Shown: positions 40,002 through 48,615 of the stretch, in pieces | How the letters are laid out: each line of letters starts with the position of its first letter | How positions within the stretch are numbered: position 1 is the stretch's first letter | NCBI GenBank assembly: GCA_019746485.1 | Contig: JAIERW010000001.1 | Coordinates: forward strand, 118,718-182,717 | DNA from: Candidatus Babeliales bacterium | Lineage (GTDB): Bacteria > Babelota > Babeliae > Babelales > RVW-14 | DNA: 64,000 nt | Reading direction: 5' to 3' | The notes under the pieces: generated by a model | Told to the model about the DNA's origin: nothing | What the model saw: the letters and a program-made list of their open reading frames with translations, nothing else | Databases searched by the model: none | Translations under genes and position numbers: made by a program

Positions 40002-41140
40002 GCGAATGCTTGGAATAAGCACAGAATAAACAGGCTTAAGAAAGCAAAAACTGGATAAACCAAGAGAATGACAACCCATCTTGCGTACACATAATGTTGA
40101 CAGGCCATAAAAAGACCGGCAGTCAAAAGCGGATATAAAGCAATTTGAAAATAAAACAAAAGCCGCTCGGCCAACGCAAGCAGCAACTCACGCCAGGCAT
40201 CATATGCAAGCAGCGCACGGTAAACAAAAAATCGCTGCATAAGAACAAAAAGAGACGGCTGTTCTTGCTGCATTGAAAGCTTCAAAAACAAACTGGGCAG
40301 CGCAATAACTTCGCTTACAAATTTTTTCTGTTCGTTTGTATCAGCAACAAAAAGCTCGCCATCACAAAGCGTTACTTGCTGATTTTGATAATCAAGTGAA
40401 AATGTGGGCGCAGTTATGAGCTTTTCCAGCGAACCGTTGGCATTGCGATAAACGAGCAACAGGTCTTTGCCGGTGGCTAAGTTTTTTGACCCCTCATCCC
40501 TCGACCCTTCGAGACAGAACTCTGCGAGTTCTTCCTCAGGGCAGGCGGGGATGGTTTTTGACTCGCTCTCTGTAGCCAGTTCTTCTTGGAACCCGGCATT
40601 TCCTACCCGTTCTCCCTGAGGAGCCCGTAGGGCGTCTCGAAGGGCGGGCGTAGACGGATCCAAAAAACCAATATAACAAAAAAGATGCTCTTCAAGCATG
40701 AACCAACTAGCGGTAATGCGACCAGAAAGGCCGCCTTTAAATGTTTCTTTCCTAAACGTCTCAGCACGTTCAACGGCTGTAAGCACACCAATTTCATAAA
40801 GCGGTACAGCACAAGCAACCAACAACAAGCCAGTACCTAAAAAAAGTGCAAGCACACGCGCCCTGCCCGCACCAAGCAACTGCAACGTTTGCCACTCACC
40901 GCGCTGCCACAACTCACGCACCACCAAGCACGTAGCAAGCCAACAGGCAACAGGCCACATCCGCGCAAACGTGGGCACCAAGTTCAGGGCAGTAAAGTAA
41001 ACCACCTGCCAAAAAGTTGCCTGTTGCACACGCACAAGCTTTTCGAAAAATTCGAGAAAGTTGTAGAGCAGGGACAAAACAAAACTGATGCTCAAAAAAG
41101 CTGTAAAAAACCGTTTGTAAAAGTAGCGAATAAAAACCAT
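39998..41140 (-). CDS. LptF/LptG-family permease with a repeat-derived in-frame insertion
   Basis: RYF start, LEFFEK, P...WP...LA, GEW..L..LG motifs; TM-periplasmic-TM layout. Confidence 0.8.
   Translation of the reverse strand: MVFIRYFYKRFFTAFLSISFVLSLLYNFLEFFEKLVRVQQATFWQVVYFTALNLVPTFARMWPVACWLATCLVVRELWQRGEWQTLQLLGAGRARVLALFLGTGLLLVACAVPLYEIGVLTAVERAETFRKETFKGGLSGRITASWFMLEEHLFCYIGFLDPSTPALRDALRAPQGERVGNAGFQEELATESESKTIPACPEEELAEFCLEGSRDEGSKNLATGKDLLLVYRNANGSLEKLITAPTFSLDYQNQQVTLCDGELFVADTNEQKKFVSEVIALPSLFLKLSMQQEQPSLFVLMQRFFVYRALLAYDAWRELLLALAERLLFYFQIALYPLLTAGLFMACQHYVYARWVVILLVYPVFAFLSLFILCLFQAFA
40505..40644. repeat. Inverted pair of REP-like elements inside the LptF/G coding sequence (40505-40550 +, 40606-40644 -)
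   Basis: cccttcgagac-agaactc/gagttct-tcctcagggcaggcgg and ccgttctccctgagga-gccc/gggc-gtctcgaaggg. Confidence 0.9.
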
Positions 41141-41151
41141 TGGTTAAAAAA

Positions 41152-41835
41152 CTACTTTTGTTGCTCGCCTGGCTGATAGTTGATCAAGGATTCTGGCGTA
41201 ATCAACCCGCACGAAACCAACGTTTTTACCGCTTCTTCAAAGGTAATGTTGGTATGAATCAAATCGCTTTCAGGCAAAATGAAAAAATACCCGGTTGTTG
41301 GATTTGGTGAGTTGGGCATGAAAACTTTGTAATAACGCTCATCAGGCGTTTTTTTAAGATGATGCGGAATAATCTTTTGGTAGCTATCGTCTGCCGGTTC
41401 AAGCAAAAACGCCAAATGATAATTGCCTGGACGTGGATAGGTAATCAAAACTACTTCGCGCGATTTTGTATTTCCTTTCTTGGATATTCTAAAGAAATCT
41501 ACCAACATCTTGGCTGAAGAATAAACAATTCTGATAAAAGGAATTTTGACAATCAGACGTTCAAAATAATGCACTACGCTATGCACAATAACAATCTTGA
41601 GAACAAAACCAAGGAGCAAAATAAAACCCGTTACCACAATAAATTCTGAACCGTACATGCGATGAAAACTCTCTGGTCCAAACTCACGCAACGGCTCAAG
41701 AAGCCTGAATGCAAAATCGTACGTGAACTTGATAACAAATACGGTAAGCGCAATAGGAATTATAGTAAACAAGCCATTCAAGAAAAGCGATCGCAAAAAC
41801 GATCCAAGATCATGTAACTTTTTAACAATTTTCAT
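41152..41835 (-). CDS. DUF502 family membrane protein
   Basis: FLNGL..IIPIALT, KIPFIRIVYSSAK, VFMPNSPNPTTGY, EEAVKTLVSCG. Confidence 0.85.
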   Translation of the reverse strand: MKIVKKLHDLGSFLRSLFLNGLFTIIPIALTVFVIKFTYDFAFRLLEPLREFGPESFHRMYGSEFIVVTGFILLLGFVLKIVIVHSVVHYFERLIVKIPFIRIVYSSAKMLVDFFRISKKGNTKSREVVLITYPRPGNYHLAFLLEPADDSYQKIIPHHLKKTPDERYYKVFMPNSPNPTTGYFFILPESDLIHTNITFEEAVKTLVSCGLITPESLINYQPGEQQK

Positions 41836-43186
41836 AAACATTCTCCTCATCAGAAAGCGCTTGTTGCAAGTTGGTAGCCAAACTTTGAGCAACGCTCAGC
41901 GCTCGATCATTAGTTGGGGCTTCTGTCATAACACGCAATAAATTTTCGGTACCTGAATAACGTACTAAAATCCGACCTTTTTGCAACTCTTGCTCATGTT
42001 GTGCAATAATCTGGGCAAAAGGCTGGTCAGTAAGATCGTGTTTTCGCTCAACTGGTACATTTACCAGCACCTGCGGATACTTTTCCGTCGAAACCATATC
42101 CCAGTTTTGGGTTGATAGCATTGATTCTAAAATTTTAAGTGCTACAAAAATGCCATCACCGGTGCGGGAATAATCTTTAACAATAATGTGGCCCGACGTT
42201 TCTCCGCCGAGCAAAATGTCGCACTCTTCCATTTTTGCTGAAACATATTTGTCGCCAACCGACGTACGGATCAACTGCACGCCAGCTTGATTAATTGACT
42301 GCTCAAAGCCGCTGTTGGTCATAACCGTACCCACAACTTGTTTAGAAAGAGCGTAGCGCGGCAAGCGCAATAACAAACTTAACGCGTCATCACCATCTTT
42401 AACCTGCCCCAACCGGTTAACCGCAATCACACGGTCGCCGTCACCATCAAAAGCAAAACCGGCATGCGCTTGGCGCGCAACAACTTCTGCTTGCAAGCTT
42501 TGTGGATGCAGAGCACCACAATTGTTATTGATATTAACGCCATCTGGACTGGCGTTAAGCACGATAACACGTGCACCAAAGCTTTCAAAAATCATGGGCG
42601 CCAGTTGGTAGGTAGCGCCGTGAGCGCAGTCTAAAACTATGGTGGTACCAGCCAAAAAGTTTTCAGTAAAAAAAGTTGCCATCAGTTTTCCATATTCAGC
42701 ACCCGCGCCTGCCCACACCGCACGCTCGTGTGCGCCCATCGGCAACTCGCTTGGCTCGCTCATGGCCATAAAATTATCTACAATGTCCTGCTCGTCAAGC
42801 TTTGTCAGCTTGCACTCACGCGCATCAAAAATTTTTAAACCGTTGTCATGGTGCGGGTTATGCGAAGCAGAAATCATTAAACCACAATCAAAAGCCTGAT
42901 CGTGATTGATCAGTTGAAACACCGCTGGAGTTGGTACCACACCAGCATCAATCACCTGCACGCCCACTTGCTCAAGGCCAGTCCATACTGCATGCTTAAT
43001 GCGCGGGCACGATTCACGCGTATCGCTTGCCATTAAAAGCTGCGGCATTTGTTTTGCATATTTTTTTATAGCCCACAACCCCAGTGCTTTGCCAAATTTT
43101 TGCAAAGCACTGGCAGTAAACGGATACTGATTTGCGCGGCCACGAATGCCATCGGTACCAAAAGTAATCAAATGTTTCACTCTCAT
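41822..43186 (-). CDS. glmM: Phosphoglucosamine mutase
   Basis: FGTDGIRG, MISASHNP, AFDGDGDR, VGDKYV, GGETSGH, RYSGTENLLRVM. Confidence 0.93.
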   Translation of the reverse strand: MRVKHLITFGTDGIRGRANQYPFTASALQKFGKALGLWAIKKYAKQMPQLLMASDTRESCPRIKHAVWTGLEQVGVQVIDAGVVPTPAVFQLINHDQAFDCGLMISASHNPHHDNGLKIFDARECKLTKLDEQDIVDNFMAMSEPSELPMGAHERAVWAGAGAEYGKLMATFFTENFLAGTTIVLDCAHGATYQLAPMIFESFGARVIVLNASPDGVNINNNCGALHPQSLQAEVVARQAHAGFAFDGDGDRVIAVNRLGQVKDGDDALSLLLRLPRYALSKQVVGTVMTNSGFEQSINQAGVQLIRTSVGDKYVSAKMEECDILLGGETSGHIIVKDYSRTGDGIFVALKILESMLSTQNWDMVSTEKYPQVLVNVPVERKHDLTDQPFAQIIAQHEQELQKGRILVRYSGTENLLRVMTEAPTNDRALSVAQSLATNLQQALSDEENVYENC

Positions 43187-43307
43187 GATTCCTTTTTTGT
43201 AATATAAAAAAATAACAGATCTAGGGAAGTTTTTTTGAACGATTTTCTTAATCGTACCGATTATGTTATAATAAAACAAGACTTCAGTCGTAACAAACGA
43301 GGTAATT

Positions 43308-43952
43308 ATGAGCTTTTGGTTTTTGGTATCATGCTTTTTTATTGGCATTGCCGTTTCTTCATCAGTCGGCCCTATTTTTATTTGGACCTTTAACCGCGGC
43401 GCCCGCTACGGTTTTTTTCAAGCGTTTCCAATCGCGCTGGGCGCGGCACTGGTTGACGGTATCTATTTTTCTTTGGGCTTGCTGGGCGGACTCAAATTGC
43501 TCGAAACTTCACGCAATATTTTGCTGGGTATGGACATTATTGGCGGTATCATTTTGGTGGTACTTGGTGCCAGAACTATTATGGAACACCAAAAACAGAT
43601 TCAAAACATTCAGGTCAGCGGCTTTTTTAAATCAGTCAGCAAGTCATTTTTAGTCACGCTCTTTAATCCGTTTACCGCCCTCTTTTTTATGTTTGTCAGC
43701 GTTCAGTTGCTGCCGGCCGGCATGCTCAGCCTTTCGGCCTGGCAGGTTGCCATGGGCAGTACCATGGTCTTTGGCGGTTCATTGTGCATTCTTTCAACGG
43801 TCGGCTTAATCGCCAGCTACGTGGGCAATGCTATTAGCCACCGAGCACTGCGCCTGGTTTCTTTGTGCACCGGCACCCTCTTTTTAATTGCCGGGGTTTA
43901 TTTGCTGTGTGACTTTGTGCTGAATATGATTAAGATTATTCGCGCTTGGTAA
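43308..43952 (+). CDS. LysE-family translocator
   Basis: VGPI, G...ALGAALVD, FLVTLFNP. Confidence 0.85.
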   Translation: MSFWFLVSCFFIGIAVSSSVGPIFIWTFNRGARYGFFQAFPIALGAALVDGIYFSLGLLGGLKLLETSRNILLGMDIIGGIILVVLGARTIMEHQKQIQNIQVSGFFKSVSKSFLVTLFNPFTALFFMFVSVQLLPAGMLSLSAWQVAMGSTMVFGGSLCILSTVGLIASYVGNAISHRALRLVSLCTGTLFLIAGVYLLCDFVLNMIKIIRAW

Positions 43953-44127
43953 AAAAGTACTCATCAAAAATCACCTATTTTTCAATCTCGCTGATCGCGA
44001 GAAATGCCTTGCTTACCGGCATTATCTTGCATAAATTTGACATTATTTCGATACATGGGAAAATTAACCATTAAATCAATGTTAATGGCTTAGCCTTGGG
44101 GGGCTTTTTATTTTTTAGGGGTTTTTC

Positions 44128-45384
44128 ATGAAGCGCATTTTATCATTTTTACTTTTCGCTTTTACGCTCACAGCACCAGCACAGGCCGTCATGGAGCCAA
44201 AATCATTAAAACAGCTGGCTTTTAATGCAATACCAACCACTTTAAGCTCCATAGATCTTACACAATCGCCAACAGCTTATGATAACTATGCCCTTAAGAT
44301 CCTTTGCAACAAGAACCTCTGTCCATCACTCAATTCAAGGCTTGAGTTTTATGAGCAAAATAATTTCCTAAAAACTCAAAGTTTTGCACCTCCGTGCGTT
44401 ACTTTGGCAGGCTTTCTCTATGATGCAACATTCTCGCATTTAACCATGCTTAATCCCAACACGTTCTTTGCCATCCAACACGGCGCCAATAGATTAGACC
44501 TTGCCGGCCGAATGGTAATGTTTTATCGTGGCATCAAAAAATGGAGAACTATAGATACAGACGCCCAAGCCTCTGGCATTGCCATTCTTGACCCTCACAC
44601 AATTGCCGTTATCAATTCCTCAAATACAGTAAAAATATTTACTTACGCTCAAAGAAGCGACATTGAGTGCATCCGCCTCGCCCGTCCTACTATTTTTCTA
44701 GCACAATATGGTCTAGAAGATCCCGTTTATGGTCATCGTCCATTTCCTTTTTGCTCGCGCTGGAATCACCAAACCGATCCTGAGACCGCTACGCTTAACG
44801 AACAAAGCGTCAGGGTCTGGGAAGACGTACCGGGAGCTAACAACTACCCGTCAAATGAACATCCGCTTTATAAAGAAGCACTTCGTGCCGACTATTCTGA
44901 TAAAACGCATGCAATCATGCTTGATAAAAGCACGCTTGTTACCAACTATGACCAAGAACCTCTAAAAATATATACATTCCCCTCCTCCCTTGAACTTGCC
45001 CTTATCGTTAAACTACGCGCTATGATTGCCCAAGGCATTAGTCAAATTTCTATGCATCCAGAATGGCAAGAAGTTTTTGAAAAGCTTGCGCCACCACTTA
45101 AAGAAGAGTTTGAACATCTCGAAATTGTCAACGAGATCGACTACTTACGAGATCCTATTTTTATCTCCAATGCCCACTTTCTCGCACTAGATTTTCCAGA
45201 CGTCATGCCAACAGCAGCATACGACTTTGACGATGAAGGCCTTGTTTTACCAACTCTTTGGGACGATAACCAAGACTATCAACCAAGCAACTCGAGCTCA
45301 TCAAGTTCAATGCTTGATCCAAAACGAGAACAACCAGAATCCCGTGAAGACTTTGAAGAAGGCGCTAAACGACGACGCAGATAG
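44128..45384 (+). CDS. Secreted orphan protein, candidate host effector
   Basis: Signal MKRILSFLLFAFTLTAPAQA; PKSLKQLAFNAI; WD-like strand ends; C-terminal KRRRR. Confidence 0.75.
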   Translation: MKRILSFLLFAFTLTAPAQAVMEPKSLKQLAFNAIPTTLSSIDLTQSPTAYDNYALKILCNKNLCPSLNSRLEFYEQNNFLKTQSFAPPCVTLAGFLYDATFSHLTMLNPNTFFAIQHGANRLDLAGRMVMFYRGIKKWRTIDTDAQASGIAILDPHTIAVINSSNTVKIFTYAQRSDIECIRLARPTIFLAQYGLEDPVYGHRPFPFCSRWNHQTDPETATLNEQSVRVWEDVPGANNYPSNEHPLYKEALRADYSDKTHAIMLDKSTLVTNYDQEPLKIYTFPSSLELALIVKLRAMIAQGISQISMHPEWQEVFEKLAPPLKEEFEHLEIVNEIDYLRDPIFISNAHFLALDFPDVMPTAAYDFDDEGLVLPTLWDDNQDYQPSNSSSSSSMLDPKREQPESREDFEEGAKRRRR

Positions 45385-45403
45385 AAAATAAGTCACTCAA
45401 ACT

Positions 45404-45443
45404 AAAAAAGGCACCCGCTCAAATTAAGAGCGGGTGCTTTTTT
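45404..45443. terminator. Intrinsic terminator
   Basis: GCACCCGCTC-aaattaa-GAGCGGGTGC-T6. Confidence 0.88.
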
Positions 45444-45574
45444 ATCTCATTTTCTAATCTTTTCACGCTTTTTCAGGCCCTCCAAAAATCCACCACTTTG
45501 GACTCTTTTTTAAGGCCTTACCCTTAATTTCTTTAAAAAACCTCATTTTTATATGACTTCAAAAATTTAGCCAT

Positions 45575-45602
45575 TTGACATTATTTTATAAACATATACA
45601 CT
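45575..45602 (+). promoter_or_regulatory. Putative sigma70 promoter
   Basis: TTGACA-16 bp-TACACT; AGGAGG RBS before 45649. Confidence 0.6.
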
Positions 45603-45648
45603 AGTAATTATGTAATTGTAATTTTTATTTATTGTTCAGGAGGTTATC

Positions 45649-46338
45649 ATGAAATTTACATACAAATCAATTGCTTTTTCTTTTGTTATCATGTTTACTG
45701 GCAACGTTTTTGGTGCCGCAACAGGTTTGCCAGCTGAACTTACTCAATTAAGCATTGATGTTACAGCAGGGAACGTAGATGCAAAACTTCGAAGATTTGC
45801 TAATATCATCAGGGCAATACCTCAAGATCACCAATTTAGTACAGAAGATGCAAACATACTTCTTCACGAAGCAGCAGCTCTTATTAAAGCAACACTTACT
45901 TTGAGCATCAGTGAAACAAACTTGCAAGACAAGAAGATAAAATTGAACGGTTGGATTATTGATCCGCTTAACACTTTCACAAGAATGCAAATTTATAATG
46001 CTACGAATGGCAATAGTCCCATCTGGTTTCAAAGACAATTTCAATTGATCCAACACACAACCTTTGCCAAAATACAATTCGAGCAAAATTGTTGGCCCGC
46101 AAGAGAGCGAGATGATAAACTCAGGTCACATCGAACTTTTGAATTTGACGAGGCACCAATTATTTGGCCGTTATGTCCTCCAGTTCCTAATTATCCAACA
46201 TGTTCAAGCTCAACAGCATTTGAAGAAAACGAACAAGCAACAGGAATAAGCCCTGAACATGAGCTTCCAGAAACTCAACTAGTGCGCCCAGAAGATGAAG
46301 AGGCTTTAAGCCCAGAATATGAGAATGCTAACGATTAA
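45649..46338 (+). CDS. Secreted orphan protein with acidic tail
   Basis: Signal MKFTYKSIAFSFVIMFTGNVFGAA; own promoter, RBS and terminator. Confidence 0.78.
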   Translation: MKFTYKSIAFSFVIMFTGNVFGAATGLPAELTQLSIDVTAGNVDAKLRRFANIIRAIPQDHQFSTEDANILLHEAAALIKATLTLSISETNLQDKKIKLNGWIIDPLNTFTRMQIYNATNGNSPIWFQRQFQLIQHTTFAKIQFEQNCWPARERDDKLRSHRTFEFDEAPIIWPLCPPVPNYPTCSSSTAFEENEQATGISPEHELPETQLVRPEDEEALSPEYENAND

Positions 46339-46365
46339 AAAACAACCTATCCCACTCAAAACCAG

Positions 46366-46404
46366 AAAAAAGCACCCGCTCTTAATTTGAGCGGGTGCTT
46401 TTTT
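46366..46404. terminator. Bidirectional intrinsic terminator
   Basis: A6-GCACCCGCTC-ttaattt-GAGCGGGTGC-T6. Confidence 0.88.
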
Positions 46405-46437
46405 AATCTCATTTTTTCAAAAATGAAAGAATAACTT

Positions 46438-47109
46438 CTAGCTAAGCTTTTGGTAACGATGCGTTACTTTGCCCACAACACGGAAATTATCTTTACCACG
46501 AATCAAGGCCACAGGCGGGTGCTTGTGGTTGACTGATTCAAGCACAATAAAATCTTCCATGTAGGTAACTTGCAAAATCCCTTTGATAGGGTTTTCGTTG
46601 CCGTATTCAACGGCAGCAATATCACCAGAGCGAGTCCACGTTTCAGGAGAGATAATCAAATAATCTCCTTTTACAAACGTTGGCGCCATAGCGTTGCTTT
46701 CAACATTTAAGCAAAACATTGAATCATCAGAGCTATTAAAAACTGGCACAAAAATATCTTTGTAGCCCGTTGTTACCTGCGTCAACTGATTGTTGTAGGG
46801 AGAAGGATTTGACGGAATGTCACCCATCACCGGAACAATTTTGAGTTGAAGGTCAACTGCAGTTGTTTCAGGAATTTTGACCGTGGTGTCTACATTGTCG
46901 GTTCTGCTTCGACGTTGTGCAAACAAATCGACAGGATGAATATCAAACGCATTAGCAAGTTTTTTTAACGCGTCCTCATTCCAACGGCGCGTACCATTTT
47001 TGATATGCGTCAAATAACTTTCGGACATACCGGTCTTTTCTGCAAGAACTTTGGTAGTCCACCCTCGTTCCCTCAGCAACTCTTTAACCCGTAACTCTGT
47101 TGATGACAT
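46438..47109 (-). CDS. XRE-family HTH plus S24-like (LexA/CI-type) transcriptional regulator
   Basis: LRERGWTTKVLAEKTGMSESYL HTH; C-domain PTFVKGD.LII.P, GDIAAV, LESVN, VVGKV; AAGGAG RBS before 47109. Confidence 0.85.
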   Translation of the reverse strand: MSSTELRVKELLRERGWTTKVLAEKTGMSESYLTHIKNGTRRWNEDALKKLANAFDIHPVDLFAQRRSRTDNVDTTVKIPETTAVDLQLKIVPVMGDIPSNPSPYNNQLTQVTTGYKDIFVPVFNSSDDSMFCLNVESNAMAPTFVKGDYLIISPETWTRSGDIAAVEYGNENPIKGILQVTYMEDFIVLESVNHKHPPVALIRGKDNFRVVGKVTHRYQKLS

Positions 47110-47352
47110 AAATACTCCTTTCCACATAATGTAGCCAAGACAAAGATTATGTAGTGTTAACTCGACAGCCTAGCCATATAAATCTGTTAAAATAATATAA
47201 ACCATGTCAAATAGAAATGCTATCAAAAATTCAAGATGAATGAGAAAAAAAAATGTTTCTTTGTGACAATTTTGTTCCAAAACTAATAATTTTTTTTTAA
47301 ACTCGCTCAAAGACTAAGATAGTTTGAGCAAAAAACATGAGAGATAAAAGCT

Positions 47353-48615
47353 ATGATGAAGTTTATACGCATATTTTTTTTAACACTTTTCGCGGTTATC
47401 AGCATTTCAATTATCACGGCTCTTGCCTATACAAACATACTGGTCGGCCAAGCTCAACAGTTTTCCAAAAAAACGAGCAAAAACCCTGGGGGCAATAAAT
47501 CCTCAAAGAAAATATTTATGATAACCGGTGAGGTTTCGGGCGATAAACTTGGCGCCTGGTACCTGCAAAAAATTAAAGAACAAAGAATTGCCGTTGAGTG
47601 CCACGCACTGGGACAAAAGTTTTTAAAGGCTCAGGGCGCACAAATACTTGAAGGCTTTGACGAGCTCTATATTGGCAATGGGCTTTTGTCACTGGCACTC
47701 ACGCTACCGCGCCAGCTTAAGCACTTCAACCGCCTGGTTGAGTACGTTTTAACTAACAACTTTGATGAAGTGGTGCTTATTGACTTTCCACTCATCAACA
47801 TCCCATTTGCGCGCGCGCTCAAAAACCACAAACCAGATATCAACATTACTTTTATTGCACCACCAGAGCTCTGGTTTTGGGGCAGTTGGAACATTGACGA
47901 ATTTTTAAAAGCATATTGCGACAACATTATTGTTTTGTATCCGCACGAAGTTGCCTGGTACCAATCCATTGGTATGCAAACTACCTGGCTTGGCTACCCG
48001 TACCTTGATGAGTTTGAGCCGTATCTACAAAACACACGTGACAAAAAGCCAACCATTGCCCTGCTTCCCGGCTCGCGAGCTGGCGAGCTAAAAACCATGA
48101 TGCCCATTTTTGTAAAGTTTATAAAACAATTCTCACAACAGTTCCCACAAGCGCACTATCTATTTCCCATTGCGTCATCGTTTCAACCCAGCGCGATACA
48201 TGATTATTTAGACAAAGCAGGCATCCCAACCAACATTACTTCAATCATTCAAAACGAAGAAGCAAAAAAAGATGCGCTGAGCACCTGCTGCCTTGCTATC
48301 AGCAAGCCGGGCACCATTACGCTTGAACTAGCGTTACTGGGCGTACCAACCATTGTTACCTACAAAGTTTCATGGCTCTCTCATAAAATCCTTAAAACAT
48401 TCGTCAACCCAACGCACATAAGCCTGCCCAACCTGCTCACCGGCAAAGAACTATGTATTGAGCTGCTGCAAGACGAATGTAACGCAACAGCACTTGGTAA
48501 ACAAGCAGCTTTGTTGTATACAAGCTTTCTTGAGAGCAGCTCGCTGTACCAACGCAAGCTGTATGAACTTGATGAATTTAGAAAACTTTTTGTGAGCCAA
48601 GCTCAGAAAATTTGA
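47353..48615 (+). CDS. lpxB: Lipid-A-disaccharide synthase
   Basis: ITGEVSGDKLG, LIDFP, PPELWFW, ALLPGSR, KPGTITLELALLGVP, ISLPNLL; lies upstream of rnhB. Confidence 0.88.
   Translation: MMKFIRIFFLTLFAVISISIITALAYTNILVGQAQQFSKKTSKNPGGNKSSKKIFMITGEVSGDKLGAWYLQKIKEQRIAVECHALGQKFLKAQGAQILEGFDELYIGNGLLSLALTLPRQLKHFNRLVEYVLTNNFDEVVLIDFPLINIPFARALKNHKPDINITFIAPPELWFWGSWNIDEFLKAYCDNIIVLYPHEVAWYQSIGMQTTWLGYPYLDEFEPYLQNTRDKKPTIALLPGSRAGELKTMMPIFVKFIKQFSQQFPQAHYLFPIASSFQPSAIHDYLDKAGIPTNITSIIQNEEAKKDALSTCCLAISKPGTITLELALLGVPTIVTYKVSWLSHKILKTFVNPTHISLPNLLTGKELCIELLQDECNATALGKQAALLYTSFLESSSLYQRKLYELDEFRKLFVSQAQKI
48493..48602 (+). repeat. 110-bp direct repeat, copy 1 (3' end of lpxB)
   Basis: 104/110 identical to 49362-49471 by manual alignment. 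Confidence 0.93.

Noticed and set aside
46438-47109. Prophage inferred from a CI-like repressor
   Set aside because: No integrase, structural or replication phage genes nearby
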